DNA from: Selaginella moellendorffii
Taxonomy: Eukaryota; Plantae; Lycopodiophyta
Assembly (NCBI RefSeq): GCF_000143415.4
Contig: NW_003314262.1
Coordinates: forward strand, 5,738,304-5,802,303
Length of the DNA stretch: 64,000 nucleotides
Direction of reading: 5' to 3'
Both the position numbers and the translations under genes were made by a program. This document shows positions 22,591-35,930 of the stretch, one piece after another. The notes below the pieces were generated by a model. The model saw only the letters and a list, made by a program, of their open reading frames with translations, was not told the origin of the DNA and ran no database searches. How positions within the stretch are numbered: the first letter of the stretch is position 1; each line of letters starts with the position of its first letter.

Positions 22591-24513
22591 ATGGGACCGG
22601 TTCCTACGCCCGAGGATCGTAAGTGCTCATTCTCTTTCTCTCGGATTTTCTCGTCTTGACGGTGGAAATTTTGCTTGTAGAAGTGAACGATCTGCTCCAG
22701 AACCTCAAGGTCGAGCCCCGGGGGAAGAAATCGGAGTTTCCAGAGGTAGGCCGACGATTCCCCGCCACGTTTTCTACATTCGTCTCTCTTTGTAACTCTG
22801 GGCAGCTCTACGCGGGCCAGGACGGCAATATTTCGGACAGTAGCGGCGACGCGTCAGTGTCTAGTGGTGATTTTCTTAGCAACACTCACGAAGTTAATCC
22901 GGATTCGAGCATTTTTTATTCCACAAATGGCTATGCTGCTCAAGGGGGTATGGATCGAGATCCGTGTACCATAAAGCACACGTTTTGATCGTTTCCTTTG
23001 TTTTGATATATCCAGGGACGACGGACTGGGAGGAGTATCCTCGTTACGTTGGCCTTAACGGGCTAGATCCGGTAAGCTTGTCAAGAAATCTACTTTGTTT
23101 TCCATTGGGAGTTTTGGAGCTCAATTGTGTGTGGTCTTGCTTGCAGGCCTTGTATAACCCCGAGAGCCTTGTTCTAAGTTATGGCTATGCTTCGCAACCA
23201 TACGGCCAGTACTCCCCAGCTCCGTTTTACGCCGATGGTCAGCTCTACGGACAGTCCGCTTTTCATTTTCCTGCTCCGGTGTACCACGGTCAGTATCACT
23301 TCGTAGAGGTGGATCCCTTGAAGAATGATGGATCAACAGGTGCTATTCCGACGAAGAATGTGCAACGACCGGTTGCAGTGATGGGGCCCTACATACATTA
23401 TCCCATGCCTGTGCATAATTCCAGGCAGGATGGCCGTGGAGGTTTCGAAGGGCTGCGAGCTACAGCTCCTCCTTGGGTTGACGCAAGAAGCTCTTCTCAT
23501 CAGAGGTCAAGCAACAAAACGCAGGTAAGCTTTCAAAAAGTTATGGCTTTTTTAAGTTACCAAAATTTGGTTTTTAATTTTTCACAGCAAGAGCCAGCCC
23601 CGGCTCAGAAGCCTGGGGAGTTGGGAACAGGTTTTCCACCTTTGACAAGGTCGGCTCTCAACTCTATTGGACCAGGCAAAGGAAAACGGGGCAATGTAGA
23701 TGGTAGGCCGGTAGGGAAAGGAGGAGATAGTGTCGAGGCCGAGCACAACAGGGCACCAAGGGCCTCAAAAGGAAAGCCTCAACGAATATATCCTGAGCTG
23801 CAGAAGAAAGGATCAGGTGGAGAAGGTGGCGAGAATTTTGTGGTATCAAAGGAGCAGTACAATAAGCCCGACTTTTCCACGTCCTACAGCAACGCGAAGT
23901 TTTTCATAATCAAGTCGTATAGCGAAGACGATGTACATAAGAGCATCAAGTACGGTGTGTGGGCGAGTACTCCAAATGGAAACAAGAGGCTGGACGCGGC
24001 ATATAAGGAAGCGGCCGGAGAATTTCCTATTTTCCTCTTTTTTTCGGTGAGGTTCCATAGCTTTGTTGCTTACCTGGACATCCTGAAAACGCCTCTTTTC
24101 AGGTTAACGGGAGCGGGCAATTTTGCGGGGTAGCTGAAATGAGCGGACCAATGGACTTTCTCCGGAGCGTCGATTTTTGGCAACAAGACAAGTGGACTGG
24201 ACGGTTCTCAGTAAAGTGGCATTTCATCAAGGATATCACTAATGGCCACTTCCGGCACATAATTCTAGAGAACAACGACAACAAGCCCGTCACGAACAGC
24301 AGAGACACTCAAGAGGTAATCTAAATGTAGCTTCTCAAATGGAAGAACCGCCAGTACTAACTTCCATTCCACACCACAGGTCCAACTCGATCAGGGACTT
24401 GAAATGCTGAGGATTTTCAAGAACTACAACTCAAGCACGTCAATTCTGGACGATTTCCAGTACTACGAGAACCGGCAGATACTAATGCAGGAGAAGAGAT
24501 CACGGAGCTCACA

Positions 24514-24544
<31 letters not shown>

Positions 24545-24832
24545 GTGCCCTCTCCTTTTTGTGATTGACGCGCACTAATTTGGATTTAGGATGGCGCGAC
24601 GCTCTTGAGCAAAAGTACGGCGGACGTGGTTGGCGCAGAGAATCTTACCGACAAGACGAGTGCCTCCACCAGCACAGAGAATCTTACAGACAATAAGTTG
24701 GCTTCCACGAGCGCGGAAGGCAACGCTACTACTACCACTGCTGCCAGTGCTTCTGCGGCGATGCAACGAAAGTCCTACCTCCATAGCCTGGCAGGAGAGA
24801 AAGACGCGGCGGCCAATGCGATTCCAGTCTAG
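22591..24832 (+). CDS. ECT: YTH-domain m6A reader (ECT/YTHDF family), multi-exon
   Basis: N-terminus [31 protein letters not shown]-rich region; YTH: [80 protein letters not shown]. Confidence 0.93.
24518..24544 (+). repeat. (CAG)9 coding polyglutamine tract in the YTH gene
   Basis: Nine CAG units directly before a splice donor. Confidence 0.9.
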
Positions 24833-25198
24833 GCGAGCAACTTTTGATGCGGCAGTGAAGTAGGCTGCTCTACTGCCACACTCGCTGGTTTGTGTTGCGA
24901 TGCCGCCCTCTTGATGCGAGAAGTTCCACCAGGGAAGATTTGGAGCTGGTTTGTTCTTTCTTCTTTTTTTTTCTTCCTTTTTTTTTTTTCACTTTCTTCG
25001 GTTTTTTTCGTCGTTTCTTTTTTGTTTGGCTGCGAAGCAGGCCTACACGACAAGGCCTTGGAAAATGTTTTTGAGAATAAGGCTCTGGGGGAAAAAATAA
25101 AGAAAAAAACAAAAGAAGATTTTGCAAGGACGGACCCTTGTTATCATTGGAAAAATTGGAAGACCATAAAATAATTGACGATGATTTCGCCACCTTGT

Positions 25199-26514
25199 TT
25201 ATAACGTGACCAGCTTTTGAAGATTGAATGGCGCTACTGCTCCCGAGCCTCCTCTCCACAAATAGTTGGAGAAAAATCTATAGCCCTGTTCCGTGGGATG
25301 GAGGTCCCAGAAGAGATACTTGGAAGGATCTTGGCAAAGAAACTGCTTAAACGGCTTGTCTGGAGGAACAGGCATGCCACAGGCTACCTCTGCGTGGAAC
25401 TCTCCAGCTCCACAGCAGTTCTGCCTCGTCTCGATGAATCCTATAGGATAGAAAACCTTGGAAGGACGTAAAGAGGAGCTTGGCTTACCATATTTGCTTG
25501 CATTTCTTATCATGTCCATGTAAATCTCATATGACTTCACGGTGATGATCTTCGCGTCTGGCAGCTCTGCTCGCAATTGTGCTAGCATCTCGTTGAGTTT
25601 GTAATTGAAGCTCTTCGCCATGTAGTTCAAGGGGAGGTAGCATCCTTGCTTTTTCAACTCTGAGCTGACAAAATGTCTCGACAGCGGCGTGCATCCCAAA
25701 GGTCCCAGTTCAGAGATTGCAAATTTTCGAGCACCTGCGTCATACAGTGCCTGTGCCCAATAGAAAAAAGGAAGTGATACCTACTTTTCTTTGAAAGAGA
25801 TTTTTCTTCTTACCTTGAAGCTTCTGTTGTAAAGAAGTATCAGGAAGTTCACATAGTATTTTGGAGGAACCTGTTGGAACCTGGAATCCGAAAAGTAAGT
25901 AGTGATAATGTCGTTACTACCAATATTGATGTGAATGATGGACTTCGCAATTTTCTCGTTTACTGCTGCAGCCGGTTGCCCTGCCTTCCATTTTGAAACC
26001 AAGCTATAGAATTGGTTGATCTGCTGGGTGTACGAAATGATATTCTAGAGAAGAAAAGGTGACGCAGAAAACGAAGGAAAAAGGAAAGAACACGTTATAC
26101 CCTATCTTCATTTGTAATAACGAGAAGTCCTGCGCCGGAGGACGCAAAATTTGCACCAAAAGCGTGGCTTGCATTTCCATCCAGATACGGTGGCACCAAT
26201 GGTAAATTTAAAAACCAAGCTGCACCAACAGCAACAATTTCAGTAACTAAACTTCCCGGCCAGAAGAACTTACCCAGAAAATCCGACGGGATCAAACCAT
26301 TGGAATAACGTCCGTTTGGATGATGAAAGTGCGTTTCACCAAACGGTGGAATATCTGCTATAAGAGTTGAGTTGGGAACGAAATAATTGGTTCCAACATC
26401 AACCAGTGAATCTCCAAAGATAAAAAGCGCAGGGACCAGAGGTGTTGCCAAGCACAGCGCTGGTAAGAAATAGACTACTGCTAGCAAGAAATACAATTCA
26501 CCAAAGAAATTCAT
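25199..26514 (-). CDS. GDSL esterase/lipase, secreted, 5 exons
   Basis: Signal peptide, LFIFGDSLVDVG, GRYSNG, GANFASSGAG, IGSND, GARKF...LGPLGCTP, CCGAG, YLFWDLHPTE. Confidence 0.92.
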
Positions 26515-26730
26515 TGCTTACCGTCAGACTTCTCGAGACACCTCGAGCTTGAGCCTCCATTGCCTTGTCGTTTTCCATATGGGTGGCTGAACCAATGCTC
26601 TGCTAGCTGTCTCCAAACTTGTCTTCGCTAATGTAAAGCTTACGTACCGTATGCTAATCTGACCCTTCAAGATCTTCGTCGTCTCTCAATATAAATAAAA
26701 TACGATATCGATATTAAACTCCCGAGTTTT

Positions 26731-29700
26731 TCAAAGTGAAAGTCTCGAGAGGTAAGCCAAAGTGTAAGGACTTGTAGACTTACCAAACAAGGTACAGAAA
26801 TCCGGCAGCAGCTTCAGTGTCTTTGCTGCGTCAGGAGTCAAAACATTCAGGTCCGTCCTGAGCTTGAGCAGCTCCTTGCTGCTCTTCTCGGCAGAGATTC
26901 CCTTTTGCCAGACCAACTCAATATTGAATACGTGAGGGCCATTTTTACCGCTCGCAAACTGGAGCACATGAACCCCGTCTATTCCAGCGATGTCGTCCTT
27001 CGGCACCAGCATCTCTTTCGTACCTGTACACAATCGCATTAATCTCGCAGAAAACCGACTGAGCAGGATGAAAGTGTTTTACCCGTTTCGTCGGTGATTA
27101 TGTCCACATGAAGAGCTTGAATCCTGTCAGTGTCGATAGAAAGAGACCACCGATTGGAAGACATCGTCTTTAAGAGGACAGATGTAGTTCTCTGGTCGCC
27201 GACAGTATGATCGCTGAGGATCGTCAGGTTCGGACGGCCTTGCCATAAATCCTCGTCCAGATCACTCGGCTTTTCACAGCCTTTCCTAACGCCGAAGGTC
27301 ACAAAATCTGGTCTCTCGGTACCACCGCACGTGAAGCCGCTCTCAGCAAGAGACTGGACTTCTTTCCCAAGCCCACCAGGAGTCGTAAATGACACTGAAA
27401 TATACGACTCGGAGGATAGCTTGTCCATGTTCGCTTCAATCACATGAACAACCTGCAGGAGCAAAATTAGAAAGAGAACACAAAAATGAAAATAAATCTT
27501 ACATATGTGCCTCTGGCGACGTCCTTTGTAAATGCGGGCACCAATTCATACGACACCACCGACAATGATACAAGAAAAATAAATATTGTTGACAATGAAA
27601 TCCATACTCCGGCACCTGAGCGGACAAAAGGATCTGTAAACAAAACGTTACATATCGTAGAAATTACCTCTATGAATGTAAGGCATCAAATAGCTCAACG
27701 AGAGACATAGTATTGCCGAAATCATGACGGCTATCACGGCATTTCCTACCCACGGAGGTCCACCACCTGGATGTCTGCAGATACAAAGCCATGTCGTCAA
27801 GAAAACCCGGAAAAGTTTTTACAAACCTGTCAAACCGAACAAGGTTGCTAATCAGCACGTTTGGCAAGCTGAGGAAAATATCGGAGGTCAAAACTATAGG
27901 CACGGGTAGGCCCAGCAGCAACGTCCACGAGCTTAATTGCCTTGGAGCTTGGTGCTTTGACAGTGAAGATTCTTTCAAACCATCTGTATTGTGAAAACTA
28001 CCAGTAAGTATATGAAAACTTATCAAAGAAAACGGACTTACAGGCTATTGACGGTATAACTAGCCAAGCCATTGCAATATACGAAGACCCGGCATTAGCC
28101 CACACTCCGAGTCCAAAAACTAAAAGCCACATCAAGAATACGGCCTTGAACATAAACTTCTCGGTTTCCGCAGTCACACTCGCGCTGTTTGGAATAGAAC
28201 GAACCAAGTAAGAACGCAGTAATTTATAACCGAGTGTATGGCCAATAACACCACCGAAAACTGCCGGAGCACCAAACAGGCCCACTGCCAATATCGGATG
28301 AGCTAGATAAGGGACGGAGTATGTGCATAGACGTGGAAGTAGTGCAGCCACTGCCACAGCAGATGATAGAGAAAATATCCAAAACAGTATCACCCCAAAA
28401 GCAGCGAGTAATAGCGCTGGTAAAGAGAACTGGTCGGCTCGAATCATCGATCCGACAAAGAGTAGCAGTGATTGGATAAGGACGGACGAGTAGAGAAGCT
28501 TTGCAAAATCTCGTGTAAAGGTGACCATATATTGTCCCTGTTGTCAGAAAGCCAATATAAACAACAAAAATCACAAAAGAGACATACCAAGACGTCAAAG
28601 TAGACCATTTCTAGCTTTGAGCTTTGACTCGTTCCAAGATGAGCAAGCTCAGGAGACGAAGCAACCTCCACAAGGAAGGGTAGAATATTATCTCCCAGGT
28701 GTTGCAATGATCCAGCTCGAACAAGTTTAAATGCATCATTCTGCGAAAACCAATGTTAGTTAGAATTGTAAGACCAACCCTCAAACCTGTTTACCTGAGT
28801 GTGATAGACAGCCCCATTCTCGACATATGCAAAGTCGAGGCCAGATAATCCAGCTATTTCCCTGTAGACTTGAAAATCTGTTGCAGATTTGATGAGTCCT
28901 GCTTGAAAAACATCCTGCCGCCATAGGTAAATACAAATAAAAAACATTCTTTGCATGCCTAGAACTTACTTGAGCAACTATGTTGGCAGACGGACGCCGA
29001 GCAGTCTGAGCAAAAACGTCCACAAGCCATTTGTCCGGTCCAGCCTTCGAGAAATCGACTACATTTGTTTTTAAACATGAGAAATGTAAACTACCTGAAA
29101 CAATTTAGACTTTCCCCCTGCTCCCATGGCTTCCAGATCTATAAAAGCTCTGATCGATGAATTCCAATGGTGCTGCAAAAGAACAAAAACATGAAATAAG
29201 CTTTTTAGAAAACAAGACGTCTCACCTGAGTGATAAAGCTGTGAGCACCATCAAGGCCCTCCTCTTCTCCGGCATTGAACAAGAATACCACTGAATGCTT
29301 AAATCCTTGAGCTATGTTGGACAGCGCTCGAACAAGCTCCAACATAGAAGATACGCAGGAGCCGCAATCCCCTCCTCCGCTTCTAGAGTTCCAACTTAGA
29401 ATCTTTCTCTGTCTAGAACTTTAAACTGAAGTTCGCAAAAAGCACTTACGATGTGAAGACCGTGTCGACATGAGAGGACACAAGAATGGCATTGTCTTCG
29501 GCATCGTCCGAGTGCTTGGAGCTCAATCGAACGAGTACGTGACTCAAGTCGGCATAAGCAAGAGTCTTTCCTTTGAAAAGCCCTCCTTGCAAACGATTTC
29601 TTCCAGGCTTCGCACGAAAACGCTCGATCTCCATAAAAACCCGTGAATTCGCTTTGCTCTTGATGGACTCCAGGACACGAACTATATACTGCCACACGAT

Positions 29701-30069
29701 CGATCAATCTTTGCATAGGAGAAACAACAACAAGAGATTGCATACCTCCAAAGCGTGGTCGAGATTTTCAGAGCCAACAGGCTTGGGCCCAAAGCTCGTG
29801 AGAACTTTCAAATGCCCCATGGCGCGCTCTTCGGAAAAACCGAGCTTCCCAGCTTCCTCGGCGAGCAGCGGCCTCGGGAGCCGAATGCTCTGAACGTAAT
29901 GCACCGCGAGTCCGAGAATCACCATCCCGACGACGCCCCACACACAGACCTGCGCTGAAGCTGGATCCTGCCGCCGCGCCGGTGAATCAGCCGTTTCCCT
30001 ATCGCTTGATTCGATCGCACCGGCGCTCGATCCGCCCGCCGCCTTCCTCGCGCGCAACGACGAAGCCAT
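26731..30069 (-). CDS. ERMP1: ER metallopeptidase 1-like, peptidase family M28, multi-pass membrane protein, multi-exon
   Basis: GFSEERAMGHL, ILVSSHVDTV, GDCGSCVSSMLE, LFNAGEEEGLDGAHSF, DLEAMGAGG, SATDFQVY, GLDFAY...YHT, MQHLGDNIL, followed by several hydrophobic helices. Confidence 0.92.
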
Positions 30070-30083
30070 AGCCAAGCTCTCAA

Positions 30084-30165
30084 AAACCCTAAAATTCAAA
30101 ATACTTTAGCCTTCCAAAACCCTATACCTCTATAAAAGAACTCGGGGATTTCCATTCTAGGGTTT
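30084..30165. promoter_or_regulatory. 96-bp bidirectional promoter with telo-boxes and a TATA box
   Basis: AAACCCTA 30084-30091, TATAAAAG 30131-30138, TAGGGTTT 30158-30165 directly before the ATG at 30166. Confidence 0.6.
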
Positions 30166-30525
30166 ATGGATTATCCACTTGCTACTGGGCACGTCAAGAA
30201 CAAAGTCTTGAGCATCCTGGATAGTGCTGTGCAACTCAACCTGGTGAGGAAAGGAATCAATGAAGTTCTCAAGACTTTGGAGCGAGGACAAACAGGTTTC
30301 GTCGTTTTAGCATCCGATACAGAGCCGCTGGAGATCGTTTCGAGTGTGATAACCGAAGCAACCATGAAGAACCTTAGCTATGTATTCGTTCCCTCAAAGC
30401 TGGAATTGGGACGCATATGTGGAATAGCCAGACCGGTGAGCGCTGTGATTGTAACGAGCTCCAAGGGCGATGTGGATGCTCACACTCGCGAGTTTGAAGA
30501 TGCGATTGCCACCCTTTTGATTTAA
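30166..30525 (+). CDS. Divergent intronless SNU13/15.5K-like L7Ae-family K-turn-binding protein
   Basis: YPLA, VRKGINEVLKTLERG, VVLASDTEPLEI, YVFVPSKLELGRICGIARPV and C-terminal IATLLI are colinear with Snu13. Confidence 0.8.
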   Translation: MDYPLATGHVKNKVLSILDSAVQLNLVRKGINEVLKTLERGQTGFVVLASDTEPLEIVSSVITEATMKNLSYVFVPSKLELGRICGIARPVSAVIVTSSKGDVDAHTREFEDAIATLLI

Positions 30526-30612
30526 ATCTACCTTTGATAAGAAAATGGAAGTTCTCTTCCAATTTTAGGGCTCTTAAAGAACCCTAAAAATACTAGTCTA
30601 GAGTTTAGGGTT

Positions 30613-33600
30613 CTACACCACATCTATCAGTGACTTCTTCCGGTCGATCTGATCGTCGCTATCTCCCGCGGAAGAGAGGCTGGGATCCACATCCTTGAGC
30701 ATCCGCACAACCTCGCGCATCGAGGGGCGATTGGCGGGCACCTCGCTGGTGCAGTGGAGCGCGATCTTGAGCACCAGCATCATGTCTCTCGGGCTGGCGC
30801 CCACGATCCTGGGATCAAACACCTTGATCACGTCGTCCCTGGATTGGATCTTGGCGCACACCCATCGCACGATGTCCATGCCATCGTCGCCAAACCCAGC
30901 GTCCACTGGTCTCCTCCCAGTGAGGAGCTCGAGCAGCACAACTCCATAGCTGTAGATATCGCTCTTCTCGTTCACCTTGAGCTTGTGCGCGTACTCTGCA
31001 AGGAAAACAAGGATTCTATCACTTTGATCGATCGAAGAAAGCAAGGGTCGAGAGACCAACCTGGAGCGATGTAGCCCAAAGATCCTGGAAGCGATGAAAC
31101 GGAGTATCCGCCACCATTTTCCCCGCTGGATGATCCCTCGAGCAGCCTCGCCAGCCCAAAGTCCGCCAGCAATCCATCAAAATCCTCGCTCAAAAGAATG
31201 TTGTTTGACTTCACGTCCCGGTGGAGTATCTGCGGTACACAGTCGTGGTGTAGATACGCCAGCCCGTGCGCGGCGCCAAGTGCCGCGCGGTACCGCGCGG
31301 ACCAGTCCAACACCCCGCCTTTTTTACTGTGGAGAAGATCGCCCAAGCTCCCATTGGGCATGTAGTCGTAAACCAAGACGTTGGTCTCGCCATTGGAGCA
31401 GCAGCACAGCAACCGGACGATGTTTACGTGACGGATCCGTCCCAGGCTTTCGATCTCGGCCTGGAATCCATAGTCCCAGCCGCTGCTGCTCGTCGTGTCT
31501 TTGCCACCGCTCGACGACCATAGCTTCTTCACGGCCAGGCACTGCCCATTCTTCAAGCTCGCCTTGTAAACTTTCCCAGCTCCGCCACACCCGATCACAT
31601 TGTCTTCGTCCAGGCTCGCCAAGACATCCTCCTGGCTGAAATCCAGCTTCTGGAACGGCGTCAAGCTCCACTCGAGCGCCTCTCCGCGTCCTCCAAACCT
31701 TTGATCCTGCTCCTCCCGGTGGACGAGCGCTTTGTACTTCCGGTAGAACCAACACGACGCCGCCAAAGACACCACCGCCGCGGAGGCGAGCACCACTCCA
31801 GCGATCAAAGCCATCACTCCCGGACTCCTCTTGCTCCTCTGAGTCTGATCGGCCTCCATGCCCGAGGAGGCCGAGCAAGGAGAGCCCGAGGTGGTGACGC
31901 ACAGCCCCGGGTTGCCGATGAAGCTCGAGCCAAACACCGCGCTGTTCACGTCAAACGGTACGGACCCAGTCAACCGGTTGTACGACACGTTGAAGTGCGT
32001 GAACTCGGCCAGCCGGAGCTTGCCGAGCTCGGGCGGGATCCTGCCGCTCAGCTGGTTCTCGGATAGATCCAGCGATATGAGATTGGAGAGCTCGCCAACT
32101 TCGCCTGGGATGGATCCCGAGAGGGAGTTCCTGGCGAGGCTGAGGTACTGCAGGCGCTTGAGCTCGCCGATCTCGCCAGGGATCGGCCCCTGGAGCTTGT
32201 TTCCATCCAGGAAGAGATACGTCAGGCTCAAGCACTGGGCGATCTCGCTGGGGATGCTTCCGGTGAGCTGGTTGCCGCTGGCGTTGAGCTGGTTGAGGCT
32301 CCGGAGCCGGCCCATCGATCTGGGCAGCTCGCCACCCAGCTGGTTCCCAAAGATCCTCAGCATTTCCAGCCTCTCGGACTTGGCAATGGCCGGATCGATC
32401 GCGCCCTCGAGCTGGTTGTCCGAGATATCGAGGATGACCATGAGTGGCTTCCCCCACAGCCCCGGCGGTACCGCCCCGGAGAGAGAGTTCCCGAAGATTC
32501 TTACCCGGATGAGCGACTCGCACGACCCCAGCTCCGGCGGTATACCGCCCGAGAAGCTGTTCTGGAAGAGCATGAGCCGCCACAGCCGGCCACCGCGGCA
32601 GAGATTCCTGGGGATTTCTCCCGAGAGATTGTTGGAGGAGACGTCGAAGATCTGGAGGCTGGAGAGGCTGCCCATGTCCGGCGGCAGCTTCCCGGTGAGC
32701 CGGTTTTGAAACAGTCCGACGTCGTACAGCGCGGTAAGGTTGGCGATGCCGCGCGGTACCGCCCCGGTCAGCGAGTTGTTCCACAGGTGGATGAGCGCCA
32801 GGCCGCGGATGGACGCGATCTCCTCCGGTATGCTCCCGCTGAGAGAATTGCTGCTGAGGTCTAGATCCGTGAGAGAGGTCAGCCCCGCGATCTCCCGCGG
32901 TATACCGCCCGTGAGGAGATTGTTGTAGAGCTCGAGCTTGGTCAGCTTGGGGAGGCCCAGGATCGCTACTGGAATGTCTCCCGACAGGCTGTTGTACGTG
33001 AGCTCCAGGAAATCGAGCTTGCGGAGATCGCCCAGCCAGGAAGGAATTCGCCCCGAGAGGCCGCATCCGCCACACTTGAGCGACTGGAGAGTGGAGAGGT
33101 TCCGCAGAGATTCTGGGAGCTCGGGGCCGAGATTGTTGTACGAGAGCGTGAGATTCGTGAGGGAGGAGAGCTCACCGATCGAAGATGGCAGCGGCCCCTC
33201 GAGCTTGCAGCTCCAGAGGAGCAATCGCTGGAGATTCTTGAGGCCGCCCAGCTCCTCGGGGATGGTTCCAGTGAAGGGATCGAAGGAGAGATCGAGGTGC
33301 TGGAGCAGCGACAGCGCGGAGAGATTGGCCGGGAGAGCTCCGCCCATGGATGGATTCCTCTGGAGCTCCAGCGAGACGAGATTCTTGCAGCTGAGAATCC
33401 ACGCCGGGAATCCCCCGGAGAAGGAGTTGTCATACGCGGCGAAGGAGGAGAGATTGGAGAGCCCCGAGCAGTCGAAGAGGCCATCGATGCTGCCGCTTAG
33501 ATTCCTCGATCCGATGTTGATGCCCACCACGATTCCAGTGACGCATTCCACGCCCTCCCAGCCGCACGGGGATTTGTCCGAGCTCTTCCAGCTCGCCAGC

Positions 33601-33785
33601 CGATCGTAGCGATCCACGATCCCACTCTTGAGCGCGAGCATTGCCACGACTTGATCCGACCCATCACCCAAAACCACGGCAAAGATCGCGAAGCACGATC
33701 CCAGCACCGCGGCGAGGATCTGGCACGACATCCTCGCGCCCGATCGGCGAGACCCACGCGCAAGAACACGGTCAGCGGCGCTCAT
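30613..33785 (-). CDS. LRR-RLK subfamily XI (HAESA/HSL-like), 2 exons, intron 30996-31060
   Basis: LRRNT PCGWEGVEC, ~21 LRRs with an RVR motif, GNPGLC, TM, WSLTPFQKLDF, DNVIGCGGAGKVYK, AVKKLW, HRDVKSNNILL, GYIAP|EYAHKLKVNEKSDIYSYG; alternative start at 33731. Confidence 0.93.
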
Positions 33786-35608
33786 CCATTTGATTCACAG
33801 CAGATGCCCGGCCTGGGCATTTTGACCGGTGATCTTTTCTCTTGTGGGTCGAGCGATCCCACCCAACCTCTTTAAAAATCCTGCGCAGATTGATCACGAC
33901 TACGATGTGATTCCCGGCGCAGATTTTCAAAAATTTGGAGACGCAGACGCCTCTTTTCCTTTCCACCCTTTTCTCTCTGCAAGAAAGATAGCAACAGCGA
34001 GGGGTCGCCTCACAAACAGCTGCAGCGCTCGAACGGGACCCTCTCGCGAAAAAAGGAAAAAAAAAAAAAACTCGCTCCACAAAAGATGAAACCGACTTGG
34101 CTTCTTCGTCGTCTCTTACGAAACCAATGCTATCTCATCAGCCACAAATCGGCTACAATTTCCTGGAGGATCTTCCCAATTATCACCACTGGTACTCTCT
34201 CTAAGTAGCTCCATAGCTAGCCTCGTCTATCTACAACTTCATCAACTCCGGAAGATCTTATACCACATCACCCAAAAGATCAATCCATTCGGCGTCATTA
34301 GATCTGTCTCCATCCAGCCTACGGAAGCTCATCCCAAATGCAAGCGATCCCGCCCCGAAAAGGAGCAGTGAAAGCAACAGCCATCGCTCGATCGCATTTT
34401 TTTGAAGGGAATCTCAGGTTAGATTACCGCTGGACTAATCAACTCCGGCACCAGTAGTTGTTCCTCGATTACACGCAAATTCCTGGTGTGGTGTCCCTCC
34501 AAAGTCCCAATTAAACAGCATACCCAAAGTGCTCCGTGCTGTGCATGTTGTTCCCCGTGTTGCGCGAACAATGATTCAAAATCGTCGTGTATGGTGTCTG
34601 TTTGGAGGAATATAAAAATAAGAAAGAGTCGGAGCGAATCCTTCCAGAATCGAAACTCCGCTTTGCCATTTGTTCGGTTGCGTTGATCCTAGTTGAGTCA
34701 GAGTTGGAGTTTTTTATTTAAGGGCTTGGTCAAAGCTTGTGCAGGTCTGCTAAGCTACAGAGAGCCTTTGGACGTTTCCCTTGTTTGGTTTGTTTGGCTG
34801 CTAGCTCCGGTATAGATTTGTTTTGACAAAGAGAAATTTTGTTCGTAAGACAAAGCTTACTTAATAGGAATGTTATTTCGATCGTAAGGGATTTGAAGTT
34901 AAAGATGTGAATGGGCTAACTTTGTATCAACAAGAATTATACACTTACATCCAGTATTTCTGTATGGTCTCTTTTGTCGAAAGAAAGTTGTCATATACGG
35001 TTTTCTTGTTGGAGGCATCAGCGTCGTCTGTTCCACAATGATAAATCAACTGGTGCTAATATTTTTCTCTGGATTGTAGGCAATACAACCCATGGGTCCT
35101 GACGATTGGTATGACGGGGTTCAAGTTCAAATTTGTTCAAATTCAGTTTGTTCAAATTCATCGTGGTCTACAGCACGAGGTCTTTGCTTTACATCTGTTC
35201 TTGTGTTTTGGAAAGCACAAGCGATTGTACTCGTGGGATCGAACGCTGCAAATGTTTTTGCGGGGCTGGTTCATGTCTACATGTTGCAGTCTCCACATGA
35301 AATCCTAGGAGGTGGTTGCGATGGTTGGGCATGTATATGAACGTGCCAGTGGATAAGGACAAACAGCATGCTGTGCGACAAGAGAAGGTCATTGAAGCTT
35401 TTGAGGGAGTTTGCCGATGCAACAGGGAATACTTTGCCGAATATCTGAAGAGTCTCAAGGAACTCAATGAGGAGTAAGAGTTTAGCAATTAGTTCCATTG
35501 CCTCCAATCTTCTTTACAATCTTATGCCATCAGCTCAATGTTAGTCTTCTGGATGATCCTGCCGCTCTTTTCGCTGATGCTCGTGAGCATTCCTTCTCGA
35601 ATGATCCG
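33488..35608 (+). repeat. Segment A of a diverged ~2-kb duplication (copy B at 51588-53488)
   Basis: Long colinear similarity, e.g. the ORF MWCPSKVPIKQHTQSAPCCACC occurs at both 34486 and 52498. Confidence 0.92.
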
Positions 35609-35930
35609 GATCTTGATTGTTGAAGGAATTGGGTCGAGTTGAGTATCATATATATACTGAAGAGAAAAATGTGTCTGCGTTTTAGCATAGTCCACTTTGG
35701 CCAAGAGTTCTTCGAGATTCTTCCTGTCAAGTCCTGGTCTTTGTAAAGCTGTTGATCTCCAGAGAACGTCGTAACAAGTCAATCGTAATTTGTGTAATGA
35801 AGCTGGCGACCAAGGCCTGGTGTATCCTGGATGTGATCCCTTCTTGCGAGAGCTCCATGGAAGGCCTTGTTGGATGATTAGGTTGGACTTTTCTCAGAGT
35901 CTATGCTCAAGATCTCCATGATCTCCATGA
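35522..35930 (-). pseudogene. Frameshifted coding-like relic of an unknown gene
   Basis: Coding-like ORF fragment (LEELLAKVDYAK...SEKSGRIIQKTNIELMA*) with frameshifts upstream; a short decayed counterpart lies near 53430-53488. No family recognised. Confidence 0.3.

Noticed and set aside
31094-33609. Long antisense and alternative-frame ORFs over the LRR-RLK (up to 374 aa), and the antisense ORF over the Gnk2 gene
   Set aside because: Expected shadows of GC-rich codon usage; no recognisable domains.
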